Shown here one piece after another: positions 39,401 through 48,333 of a DNA stretch of 64,000 nt. This DNA comes from Acidobacteriota bacterium (GTDB lineage: Bacteria > Acidobacteriota > Vicinamibacteria > Vicinamibacterales > CAVVIG01). Below the pieces are notes generated by a model. It made no database searches. It saw only the letters and a list, made by a program, of their open reading frames with translations, and was not told the origin of the DNA. Numbering within the stretch: the stretch's first letter is position 1; every line of letters begins with the position of its first letter. Both the position numbers and the translations under genes were made by a program. The stretch spans positions 78 through 64,077 of the forward strand of contig JACPZW010000078.1 of assembly GCA_016195265.1 (NCBI GenBank). The letters are read 5' to 3'.

Positions 39401-39926
39401 ATGGCTCCTCGGCGACGGCGGATCGAAGAACCGCAATCGCTTCGGCGTACTTCCGGTCCTGCAGGTAGATCTGCCCGAGGTTGATCGCCGCGCCGCTGTC
39501 CCGCGGATCGATCTGGCGCACGCGGGCGAAGAACCGCTCGGCGTCGGCGTCACGATTCTCGGCGCGGGCGATGAGGCCGAGGATGTACGGCGGCTGCGGC
39601 GCCTCAGGCAACCGGCGGGCGGCGGCGGTGGCTTCCGTCGTCGCGCCCGCGAGATCGGGCAGGTAGAACAGGGCGATGCTCAGGTTGACGCGCGCGAGGT
39701 CCAGGGCGGGATCCAGATGCAGCGCCTCGCGGAACGCCGCCGCGGCCGCGTCGTACCTGAATTGCTCGAGGCGCGCGACGCCGAGGTTGTTGGAGCGGTA
39801 CGCGGCCTCGCGATCGGCAGACACGTGGGCAGACTGCCGCGCGCACGCGGAAGTCATCAGCATCGCGCCGCCGGCGCCGAGGGCCAGCGCGGCGACCAGC
39901 GTGCACTTCACGGCGCGGTTCATCAT
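36441..39926 (-). CDS. TPR + FG-GAP + ASPIC/UnbV protein
   Basis: N-terminal TPRs; DxDxDGxxD repeats; FGLG...VRVLWPSG; SCPFLYTWNG C-terminal domain. Confidence 0.88.
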   Translation of the reverse strand: MMNRAVKCTLVAALALGAGGAMLMTSACARQSAHVSADREAAYRSNNLGVARLEQFRYDAAAAAFREALHLDPALDLARVNLSIALFYLPDLAGATTEATAAARRLPEAPQPPYILGLIARAENRDADAERFFARVRQIDPRDSGAAINLGQIYLQDRKYAEAIAVLRSAVAEEPFSVTAAYNLGLALARAGQRDEGQQMMERSQTLRTTGYGTTLSNSYLEQGRYAEAAASTGAEADLVDPATPPATFTASPLVSRAGAASPPPASPFGRSFTATDLTAEGARRIALALGGGLTLFDVDGDGDLDLFVAAPAGERLFRNDGGVFTDITAGSGLGVVPPGAVAIGCVAGDIDNDGKPDLFVLRYGASSLYHNDGNGRFTDITARSGLPAYAALPGAAALVDVDHDGDLDLVIAGLADVAATHAAAGQSVAFPRDFAPAPLRLLRNNGDGTFTDTTREAGLAVQAHAVAIVPTDFDNHRDVDLLIVNRDRAPLLFKNRRDGTFRDVASDVGLTGVLPGDGDITSVAAADLNKDDYPDFFFARSNAAGVIAMSDGRGRYTIAAAADGTRGTAAALFFDYDNDGLLDLGAWTPDGLRVFRNLGQRWSDVTSSALPSRSATAGAGLASARALAIGDLEGNGHSDVVAAGADRVSNRSAAGTKVQTRSGSLTQRLATSATTPVVAPADLVFGLGRRPGADVVRVLWPSGILQAEYAGSADAAAPPATTPTPLPSALTVEELDRKPSSCPFLYTWNGERFEFVTDFMGGGEMGDWEGPGTYDAPDPVEYVRIRGDQLKPRNGRYEIRVTNELEETLFVDRLQLIAVAHPAGVEVFPNEGMTDPPKPVRLYTVKDERPVARATDEHGHDVTARLARVDRQYPDDFELKNIRGYAGRHELTIDTGTGQSPLLLLTAWTDYAFSSDNVAAHQAGLVMTPPSLSVKGVNGQWREAIADIGIPVGRPQTMVVDLAPVLRPGEHEVRIVTNMRIYWDQILVASVAPGVGGRATRLDPLTAHLHTRGFSIDLRPDGREPETYDYSRVTARSPWKTMTGRFTREGDVRPLLVRSDDMFVISKPGDEIALSFDATGVGVLPPGWTRTFLLMADGFSKEMDINSASPDRVEPLPFHRMTKYPYAAPEHYPTTPAHEQYRARYNTRVVVKNPEPCTEP

Positions 39927-41698
39927 TGCTTCCCGGGGCTCCCGCGCACGATGGGTGTGGCTTTAAGAACGCCGGCGCCCTCTTTGACGACGAGGGTCTG
40001 ATTGGCTTTCGTCGCGCCGATCGTGTCCACGCGACCGCCTGGCCAGCGCACGCGGATGCCGGCCACGTCCGTCGCGGCGCCGAGCCCGAACGTCACCGGC
40101 AGTTCGCTCTGCGACGCGTAGCTGGATCCCGTCTTCACGATCTGCCACGCTTTCGCGCCGCCGGCCAGCGTCAGCTCCACCCGCGCGCCGATGCCGTCGC
40201 GATTCGACGTTGTCCCGACTGTTTGGATACGGAGCACGTTGTTCGCGTTGCCGCCGTCGTTGCGCAGCAGGTGCGCGGGGCCGTTGTTCGTCATCACGAG
40301 GACGTCGAGGTCGCCGTCGTTGTCGATGTCGCCGTACGCAGCGCCGCGCGCGACCCACGCCTGCTGCAGCGACGCGGATTGCGCCGTGACCTCTTCGAAT
40401 TTCTTCTGACCGAGGTTATGGAACAGATGCGGGCGCTCCGCGTACTTCACGCGCGCCTGAACCCGCTCGATGTCGTCGGCGACGTGGCCGTTGGCGGCGA
40501 AAATATCGGGACGGCCATCGAGATCAAAATCGAAGAAGAAGCAGCCGAACGTCAGCGTCAACAGCGAGGCGCGGCCGATCGTCGACGTCGGGGCTTCGTC
40601 GATGAACAGGCCCGTGCCCTCGTTGTGGTAGAGGGCCATCATCTCGTTCGAGAAATTGCCGATGATCAGGCTCGGCCGGCCGCTGCCGTCGTAGTCGGTC
40701 GCGTCCACGCCCATCCCCGCACGGGCCACGCCCGCTTCGCTGAACGCGACGCCCGCGCCCATGGCGACGTCGGTGAACGTGCCGTTGCCCTTGTTCCGAT
40801 AGAGCCGGTTCGGCTGCGTGTCGTTGGCGACGAAAACGTCCATCCAGCCGTCGCCGTCGAAGTCGAGCATCGCGACGCCAAGGCCTTTCGACGTCGCGTC
40901 GAAGAGGCCGGCACGCTTCGTGACGTCCTCGAAAGTTCCATCGCCTCTGTTGTGATACAGCGTCGGGCTCTGCCCCTTATACGATTCGGGTGTGCAATAC
41001 GATTTGTTCTTGCCGTCGAGCGTGCAGAACAAATCCTTGTCGATCGACCAGTCCACGTAGTGGGACACGACGAGATCGAGCTTGCCGTCGTTGTCGTAGT
41101 CAAACCACAGCGCGCTCGTCGAGAATCCCGCGTCGGCGACGCCGGCCGCTTTCGTCACCTCAGCGAACCTGCCGCCGCCCAGATTGCGGAAGAGATGATT
41201 GCCGCCGAGCGCCGTGACGTAGACGTCGACCTTACCGTCGTTGTCAAAGTCCGCCGCCGCGCCGCCGATACCGTACACCTCCACGTCGAGACCCGACCCG
41301 CGGGTCACGTCGACGAAGGTGCCGTCATGATTGTTGCGATAGAGCGCGGGCATCGTCCGGGCGCCGCCGCGGCCCGGCCAGTTCGTGGAATTGATCAGCA
41401 GCAGATCCTGCCAGCCGTCGCCGTCCGCGTCGAGGAACAGGACGCCGGATCCCAGTGTTTCCGGCAGGTACTTCTTCCCGAACGCGCCGCTCGTGTGCAC
41501 GAACTTGATGCCGGCCTTCGCGGTGACGTCGGTAAAGGTGACGGGCGAAGCCGAGCGCACGGAGGGGACGGAGATCGCCGAGCAGATTAGCCACAGAGAC
41601 GCTGACACACAGACTCGAAGTGCGGATTGAGGAATGCGGAGTGCGGATCGACGCACGCTCAACTCCGCACTCCGCACTCCGCGATCCGCATTTCGCAT
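39923..41698 (-). CDS. CRTAC1-family protein (FG-GAP + ASPIC/UnbV)
   Basis: FTDVT..AGI, multiple DxDxDG, GSSYASQSE..VTFGLG; ATG at 41698. Confidence 0.9.
   Translation of the reverse strand: MRNADRGVRSAELSVRRSALRIPQSALRVCVSASLWLICSAISVPSVRSASPVTFTDVTAKAGIKFVHTSGAFGKKYLPETLGSGVLFLDADGDGWQDLLLINSTNWPGRGGARTMPALYRNNHDGTFVDVTRGSGLDVEVYGIGGAAADFDNDGKVDVYVTALGGNHLFRNLGGGRFAEVTKAAGVADAGFSTSALWFDYDNDGKLDLVVSHYVDWSIDKDLFCTLDGKNKSYCTPESYKGQSPTLYHNRGDGTFEDVTKRAGLFDATSKGLGVAMLDFDGDGWMDVFVANDTQPNRLYRNKGNGTFTDVAMGAGVAFSEAGVARAGMGVDATDYDGSGRPSLIIGNFSNEMMALYHNEGTGLFIDEAPTSTIGRASLLTLTFGCFFFDFDLDGRPDIFAANGHVADDIERVQARVKYAERPHLFHNLGQKKFEEVTAQSASLQQAWVARGAAYGDIDNDGDLDVLVMTNNGPAHLLRNDGGNANNVLRIQTVGTTSNRDGIGARVELTLAGGAKAWQIVKTGSSYASQSELPVTFGLGAATDVAGIRVRWPGGRVDTIGATKANQTLVVKEGAGVLKATPIVRGSPGKQ
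41621..41698. repeat. inverted heptamer tandem arrays
   Basis: tgcggat/tgaggaa/tgcggag/tgcggat (41621-41648) facing tccgcac x2/tccgcga/tccgcat/ttcgcat (41664-41698). Confidence 0.8.
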
Positions 41699-41708
41699 GC
41701 TCTTCTGA

Positions 41709-44519
41709 TCAACGCGTCCGCGCGCCACGATGTTCGTGGATCTGCTGACGCTCGTTGTTGTCGTCGGGCGACTTGAGCCGGTACGGCCCGGTAATCCCCT
41801 GCGCGGCTTCGTCGGCCTTGAAGCGCGCGTAGCGTTCCTGTTCGCGCGCGGCGAGGGCCGCGTTGCCGAGTCCCTGATAACACAGCATCAGGTTGTAGTG
41901 CGCCTGCAGGTCCTCGGGATCGACCAGCAGCGCGCGCTGGAAGGTGGCGATCGCCTCGCCGAACCGGCGCTGGAGGAACTGAATCCGGCCGATTTGATCG
42001 AGGACGACGCGGTCGCGCGGGTACGACGCGGCGGCGGCCCGCAGATGATCGAGCGCCTCGTCGTAACGGCCAAGCGTCTTGAGTGCCGTGCCCAGGAAGA
42101 AGTGCGTCTTGGCCAGATGCGGATCGATCGCGAGCGCCTTCTCGAGCATCGGCAGCGACGCCGCGACGTCGCCTTCCTGAATCTGCGCGCGCGCGACGTT
42201 CACGGGACCATCGGCGTACGCCGGATCCATCGCCGTCACCTTGAGAAACACCGCCTCGGCGCCCTTGAGATCGCCTTGCAGCAGCAGCCCGATGCCGTAG
42301 TCGTTCCACCGCTCGCGGACAGAGCGATCGAGGAACGGCCTGACATCGGGCAGCGGCGCGTTCTTCGCGACGACGCTGAGCGTCGCCTGCGCCTGAGCCA
42401 TCACCGTGATGGGAATATCCGGGATCGCCTTCGTGGCGCCGGACACCTTTGAGGTGTCGCCGTTGAACACCCACGGGCCATCGTCGTACGACCTCGTTAC
42501 GTCCGGCTTCGGCTGCCGCGGATCGCGGACGCCGGCGTACGCCCACTGCGTGTTCCACCACGTGAACTTGCGGTAATTGACCTTCGCTCGCAGGAAGATC
42601 CGATCGCCTGCCGTGTCTGGAATTACCAGCCGGTAGTGGACTGTGTCGGCAGCGCCTGGCGGAACCAGGCGCACGTACGCGACAGACCGCGTGGCCCAGG
42701 CGTTGCGCTTGTTGATGAGATTGCCGTGCTCGTCGAGCTGCAGGCTGCGATAGAAATGCGCGCCGGACTCGACCGGGCCTTTCCCTTCGTCGTCGACGCT
42801 GCCGCTGTGCAGCAGCACCTGGCCGCGTTCGTCAACGGCTTCGAGCTCCACCCAGACGTCGAACGCGTCAACGGTGCCGCCCGGGAAGAAATGCCCGACT
42901 TTGCGCGTGCGGACGACGACTTCGACGCGCACCGACTCGCCGCGCCGCACGGTGACCGGAACCCGATCGAGCGGCCCGAACACCTCGACCGACGGCGCGA
43001 GCGACACGGGCACGGCGCCGAATTGCGCGGATTCTTCGCCGACGGCAAACGTGCTCGCGAGCCGCGGCTCGGTGGCGCGCTGCGTCGGCGCATCCCCGGA
43101 CGCACTGGTCTCCGCGGTCCGCGCGATGCCGAAGACATCGACGGAAATCTGGCCGTCGCGCAGGAAGTCCTGGACCGCCTTCAGCTGCACGGTGTCGTGA
43201 TTGGCGAACGGCAGCGCCGTGTTCGCGCCGGGGAACCGGTGCGATCGAACCTTGCCGTTCGTCGCGGCGGGATCGTTCGACGCGACGAGCGGCATGTGAC
43301 AGTCGGCGCACTGCTGCGGCGGCGCCGGGTAATAAAAGGATCGCGCGCCCTGTCCGGAGACGCCGGAGGCCTGCCAGTTGTCGTAATCGTTGAACCCACG
43401 GAACCACCGGTAGTTGTTCACCGGCACGTCGAGGTGCACTTTGTGGCACACCGAGCAGAACTCCGCCGTCTGCTCGCGATGGAACGGCTTCATGAACGTG
43501 TTGCGGTGCGGTTCCGGCGCCAGATACAGCAGCGCGTCGTGCGTGCGCTGCAGGAACGGGTTGTCGCTCACGGCGAGGTCGTGCAGCGGCGGATACTCGA
43601 CGGTGAAGTCCCCCTGCCCCATCGATCCGCCAACGTGGACGATCGAATGGCACGACGTGCACGAGAGACCGGCCCGCGCTTCAGGGGTGTCGATCTGCTC
43701 CTTCATCGGCCGGTCGAAGCGTCCGTTAAAGAAGACCGCGTGGTCGTGACACCCGGCGCACCACTTCGACGGCTGCGTGCCCACCACGTCCTGCATGTAC
43801 TCGATCGCCTTGCGGTACCACTGGTTGTTGAACGACGACATGTGATGCACGGATGCGGACCACTGGTCGTAGATGTCCTTGTGGCACCGGCCGCAGGTCG
43901 CGCTGGTCATGAAGAAGTTCGAGGGGATCGTGCCGCCGACGTTCGTGCGCGCCGACGATGGAAAGAACGGGCTGGCGGGACCGCCGCCCTCGCCGGTCAT
44001 GGCCGTGGGCGGATCGAGCGGATTCACGATGCGGTACCGCGCCTGCCACTCGCGCTTCGCGACCGCACGCACGACGATTGGCGCGACCACGGCAACGCAC
44101 AACAGCGCCACGCCGGCCGTGGCCAGCCGCCGCTCACGCTGATCGGACAGGCGCGCGCGATACCCGTCCAGCCACGCGGCCAGCAGCAGCACGCCCGCGC
44201 CCGCCAGCGCCGCGTGGGCGTAGAGCGCCGGCTCGTGTGCGCGCGTCGCGCCCGTGTACGTCAGCCAGGTGCCAACGCCAGCGCACAGGATCAGCACGCC
44301 GACCGCACTCGATGCGCCTGTGCTCAACCGGTGCCGGTTGGAGGCCCAGGACACTACCGTCCACAACGCGAACACGAGGCCGAGGGCTACGTGAAGAGCG
44401 ACGTTGAAATAAAAGAACAGCGTCGGCGACGCGGCCGCCGCGAGGTAGGCGCTGTTCGCCACGAGGAGGACGAAACCCGCAACGAACGGACAGGAAACGG
44501 CGGCGCGGCCAGCGGTCAT
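41709..44519 (-). CDS. membrane-anchored pentahaem cytochrome c with C-terminal TPRs
   Basis: N-terminal TM helices; CGRCH, CAGCH, CTSCH, CSVCH, CADCH; TPR tail. Confidence 0.88.
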   Translation of the reverse strand: MTAGRAAVSCPFVAGFVLLVANSAYLAAAASPTLFFYFNVALHVALGLVFALWTVVSWASNRHRLSTGASSAVGVLILCAGVGTWLTYTGATRAHEPALYAHAALAGAGVLLLAAWLDGYRARLSDQRERRLATAGVALLCVAVVAPIVVRAVAKREWQARYRIVNPLDPPTAMTGEGGGPASPFFPSSARTNVGGTIPSNFFMTSATCGRCHKDIYDQWSASVHHMSSFNNQWYRKAIEYMQDVVGTQPSKWCAGCHDHAVFFNGRFDRPMKEQIDTPEARAGLSCTSCHSIVHVGGSMGQGDFTVEYPPLHDLAVSDNPFLQRTHDALLYLAPEPHRNTFMKPFHREQTAEFCSVCHKVHLDVPVNNYRWFRGFNDYDNWQASGVSGQGARSFYYPAPPQQCADCHMPLVASNDPAATNGKVRSHRFPGANTALPFANHDTVQLKAVQDFLRDGQISVDVFGIARTAETSASGDAPTQRATEPRLASTFAVGEESAQFGAVPVSLAPSVEVFGPLDRVPVTVRRGESVRVEVVVRTRKVGHFFPGGTVDAFDVWVELEAVDERGQVLLHSGSVDDEGKGPVESGAHFYRSLQLDEHGNLINKRNAWATRSVAYVRLVPPGAADTVHYRLVIPDTAGDRIFLRAKVNYRKFTWWNTQWAYAGVRDPRQPKPDVTRSYDDGPWVFNGDTSKVSGATKAIPDIPITVMAQAQATLSVVAKNAPLPDVRPFLDRSVRERWNDYGIGLLLQGDLKGAEAVFLKVTAMDPAYADGPVNVARAQIQEGDVAASLPMLEKALAIDPHLAKTHFFLGTALKTLGRYDEALDHLRAAAASYPRDRVVLDQIGRIQFLQRRFGEAIATFQRALLVDPEDLQAHYNLMLCYQGLGNAALAAREQERYARFKADEAAQGITGPYRLKSPDDNNERQQIHEHRGARTR

Positions 44520-44582
44520 GCGACCATCCGAATGTGAACGACGAGCTTACGGCCCTTGGCCCTTTGGAGCAACCGGCAGTTT

Positions 44583-44770
44583 GGCTCCTCCATCTTCACC
44601 GAGCGTCCCGGCTGCACCTCGATGATCGTCTGGATCGCTCCCACGGCCAGCGGATTTCCGCTGTCGGCGTCGCGACACCAGGCAGCCCAAAGATCACGCG
44701 CCGATCGTGGTCCGAGAGATGGTTTGGTGATGAACAGGCCCACGTGGCCGCTGTTGTCGTGATCGGCCGC
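44583..44770 (-). pseudogene. collapsed remnant of an FG-GAP/ASPIC-UnbV gene
   Basis: AADHDNSGHVGLFIT (FG-GAP-like), then LSDHDRRVIFGL...EIRWP and GAIQTI..VQPGR...EE across frameshifts. Confidence 0.6.
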
Positions 44771-44789
44771 ACGATCACGTGATCGAGGC

Positions 44790-45494
44790 TCAGACATCGT
44801 CGACCGGTCGACTGGCCGCGGCCTGCGGCAGCGACAGGTAGTAGCCCTTTCCATGGACGGTATGGATGAACCGCGGGTTGTGCGGCGTGACTTCGATCTT
44901 CTTCCGCAGTCGCGCAATGGCATGGTCGACGGCGCGCGTGATCGCGTCGTCCGCATACCCCCAGATCGCGCGCAGCAGATCGTCTCGCGAGACGATGCTG
45001 TTGGGATGTTCGGCGAGACGCTGAAGGATTTCGAACTCGCGGTGGGTCAGGTCGATTTCATGGCCGTCGCGGTGGGCTTTGAGCGCCACGAAGTCGATCG
45101 TGACACTCCCCAGCACGAGTCGCGCGTCCACCGGGCGCGCGCGCCGGAGCACCGCGCGGACGCGCGCGAGCAGTTCCTCGAGATCGAACGGCTTCGTGAC
45201 GTAATCGTCGGCGCCGAGCTGCAGCCCCCGAATCCTATCGGCCTTCTGGCCCCTGGCGGTGAGCAGGATGATTGGGACACGGGAGGCGCGCCACGCCGCG
45301 CACAGCTCGTAGCCGGTCTTGCCCGGCAGGTTGACGTCGAGCAGCACGAGGTCCGGGCCGAACTCCAGGGCCGCGCTCATCGCGAGCCGCCCGTCGGCGA
45401 CGCATTGCACGGTGAACCCTTCGTACGCGAGGTTGTCGAGGAGCACTCTGGCGAGCACAGGATCGTCTTCGACGACGAGCACGCGCTGCTTCAT
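44790..45494 (-). CDS. OmpR-family response regulator
   Basis: VLVVEDD, LLDVNLP, GADDYVTKPF, winged helix IHTVHGKGY. Confidence 0.95.
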   Translation of the reverse strand: MKQRVLVVEDDPVLARVLLDNLAYEGFTVQCVADGRLAMSAALEFGPDLVLLDVNLPGKTGYELCAAWRASRVPIILLTARGQKADRIRGLQLGADDYVTKPFDLEELLARVRAVLRRARPVDARLVLGSVTIDFVALKAHRDGHEIDLTHREFEILQRLAEHPNSIVSRDDLLRAIWGYADDAITRAVDHAIARLRKKIEVTPHNPRFIHTVHGKGYYLSLPQAAASRPVDDV

Positions 45495-47174
45495 GTCGCG
45501 ATCGGGAGGGCGACCGTGACGGTCGTCCCTTGGCCTAGCACGCTGCGGATCTCGAGCGAGCCGCCGTGATCGCCGACGATGCGATCGACGATGGCCAGGC
45601 CGAGACCGCTGCCGCCGGCGGCGGATCGGCGCCCGCGGAAGAATTTCCGCGTGACGTGTTGAAGCTCCTGCGGTGGAATGCCGACGCCGCGATCGCGCAC
45701 CTCGATGACCACGACGGCGTCATGGCGCCTGGCCGCGATCGCCATGTGCCGCGTCTCAGCGGAATAGCGTATCGCGTTGTCGACCAGGTTGTTCAGCATC
45801 AGCCCGAGGGCCGTCGGATCGGCCTGGACCGGCGGGAGATCCTCGGGGATCTCGACGTCGACCTCGAACCGGCCGTGGGCGATATTCCCGGCGAATTCCT
45901 GCAACGTCCGCGTGACGACCGCCTCCACGGAGACGGGCTCGAACGAGTACACGTCGGCCGCGTCGGTGATTCGAGAATAGGCAAGCAGGTTGTCGACGAG
46001 CCGCGAAAGCCTGTTCGCCTCGCGGATGCTCATCGTGGCGTACTCGCGCGACATCTCGATTGTCGCGCGTCCCGACGCGATCGTCTCGTTGATCGCGCGC
46101 AGATTCGCGATCGGGGGTCTTCAGCTCGTGGGTGACCGCCGAGACGAAGTCCGCGCGCATCTCCCCGAGGCGCTCCACGGCGCGCGCCGCCTGGAGGCTC
46201 AGCACGAGCGCGACTGTCAGCGTAAGCCCCATGACGGACGCCACGATCAGCGTGCGGTGCGCGCCGCGCTCCGCGACGCCGAGCGTAGGATCGTCCCGGG
46301 CCGTGGCGACCGCGGTCCACGAGGCGACCGGCAGGTCCGGCGGTGGATCGATGGCCACGGCGGTCGGATCGAAGAAGGCCAGCGGAAACACCCGCCGTCC
46401 CTGCGGCGCGTCGGCGAGGGCGGCGGACGTCGTGTCGCGCCCGGCCACGCGAACGCCGCGATCGTCCAGCACGAGAAACTGCACACTGCGATCTTTGCCC
46501 TCGATCTGCGCAACCTGCGCGGCGAGATCGGCGAAGTAGTACGTGCGCGCCCAGGTCAGATTGACTATGAACCCAAGCGCCGCTGCCGGGCGCTCGTGCA
46601 GCGCGTCCGCATATGACAGCAGCGTGACGACCTGGTAAGGCGACCCGGCGATCTCGGTCTCGAAGATCGAGAAGCGGCGCGTCTGCCAGGCGTCCTTCAT
46701 CGCACGCTCGATCAGCGCCCCTGCAACCGCGGGCGCACGGCCGACCACGACCGGAAACAGGGAGCGACGGTCGTCGCCCGCCAGCCACGAGGGACGACGC
46801 TCGGCCCGGGTGTAGAAGACAACCGAATCGGGCGCAGGCGCGGTGCCCCAGCCAAAGAAGGCCTCCGTGTAGGGATAGCGTGCAAATGCGCTGGCAATCG
46901 GGTGCAGCAGGTCCGCCGTGGGCTCCGGAATCGAGCGATCGCGCTCCGCCGCCGCCAGCACCTGAAGCTGGGCGCCACGCATGTCGCGCGCGAGCGCGGC
47001 GACGAGCAAGTCGGCGGCTGACTCCGCTCGGCGCACCGCGACCAGCGCGGCCGCGTGCTGCCACTCGACCACGGCCCGGTAGCCGGTCAGGACCAGCGCC
47101 AACGCGGACACGCCGACGGCCAGCGCGAGCGTTGCGCTCAGGCGCCAGCCGGACAGCCAGTGTGCTCGCGTCAC
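45491..47174 (-). pseudogene. sensor histidine kinase, frameshifted (or sequencing error)
   Basis: H-box VTHELKTP, then an extra base in the G5 run 46113-46117; other frame continues IANLRAINETI...NLVDNAIRY, DRGVG, GSGLGL. Confidence 0.85.
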
Positions 47175-48133
47175 CGCGACAGCTCACGCTCGCGGAAATA
47201 CCGCGCCGCGCCCGGATGGAGTGGGATCGGCGTGGCCGGCGCCTCGTCCGGATTCAGGAACCGGAGCGTGGCCTCGACGCCGGACAGCCGCGGATAGGCG
47301 CTGAACAGCTGAGCGGTCAAGTCGTACACGACCGACGGGTTGAGGTCGCGCTGGCAGAGCACCACCATGTCGATACCGACGGTGGGGATGATCCGATCCT
47401 GTCCGGGATATACCTCTCGCGGGATGGTCGTCCGCCGCACGAACGGATGGTCCAGACGCAGCCGATCCACGACGGGGCCGTCGATCGGCACGAAATACGC
47501 TCCGTCGCGAAGAGCGGCATGCATCACTTCGTCGGGGTAGACGTACCCCGGCAGGAACACCGCGTCGAGTGATCGGTCTTTGAGCCCCGCGGCGGCTGCC
47601 GCCCGCGTGTTTAGGTGTACAACCGTACGCGCGGTGATTTGGAACGCGTCGAGCACAAGCAAACCGAGCGTGGAACTCGATGATCCCGTCGGTCCCACGG
47701 CCACATTCCGTCCCCGGAGGTCGGGGACCTGTCGGATGCCTGACTGGCCGCGCACGAGCAAATACTGCGGAAGCGGCTGCAGGAGCGTTACACCGCGGAT
47801 CCGGTCCTGCGTGGCCGTGCGACTGCCGTCGGCGCCCCAATGCGCCAAGTACGCCACGTCGGCCAGCGCGACGCCGAGATCCACCGAGCCGTCCTCGATT
47901 CCGGCAATCACCGCGTCGGAGTCCGCGGCCGGCTGGGATCGGATATCCAGCGTGGGCAGCCGTCGCCGGTATTCGGCCGTCAACACGCTGCTGAGTGGAC
48001 TGAAGGCGGTGGCGATACGCAGCACCGGTCTGGGACTCGCGACGGTAGCCTGCCCGCGGCACGCGACGCCGGCCGCCCCGGCCAGCCCCGCCACGGCCGT
48101 CGCGAGACCGATGACCAGTCGTTTGCGGTCCAT
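47171..48133 (-). CDS. TAXI-family solute-binding lipoprotein
   Basis: DLRGRNVAVGPTGS, TIPREVYPG, PIPLHPGAARYF; lipobox-like VAC. Confidence 0.88.
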   Translation of the reverse strand: MDRKRLVIGLATAVAGLAGAAGVACRGQATVASPRPVLRIATAFSPLSSVLTAEYRRRLPTLDIRSQPAADSDAVIAGIEDGSVDLGVALADVAYLAHWGADGSRTATQDRIRGVTLLQPLPQYLLVRGQSGIRQVPDLRGRNVAVGPTGSSSSTLGLLVLDAFQITARTVVHLNTRAAAAAGLKDRSLDAVFLPGYVYPDEVMHAALRDGAYFVPIDGPVVDRLRLDHPFVRRTTIPREVYPGQDRIIPTVGIDMVVLCQRDLNPSVVYDLTAQLFSAYPRLSGVEATLRFLNPDEAPATPIPLHPGAARYFRERELSR

Positions 48134-48213
48134 GGCCAACGCGAGCCCAGCTTTTATCAGAAGCAACTCGCGGGATCAAGGCGCACAGGCGCACAGGTCG
48201 AACGCGCCGTCGA

Positions 48214-48233
48214 ACGCGACAAGTTGCGACAAC
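48214..48233 (+). promoter_or_regulatory. 10-bp tandem repeat, candidate response-regulator site
   Basis: acgcgacaag ttgcgacaac in the divergent intergenic region; similar tandem at 59725-59744. Confidence 0.4.
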
Positions 48234-48333
48234 TCCCCGTCAACAAAGGTGTTACTTAGTGGCGCCGATCGTGGGTAAGATATCCGGGCCTATCGTCGCC
48301 GATCGCGCGCATGATCAATTGAGGAGTGTATCC

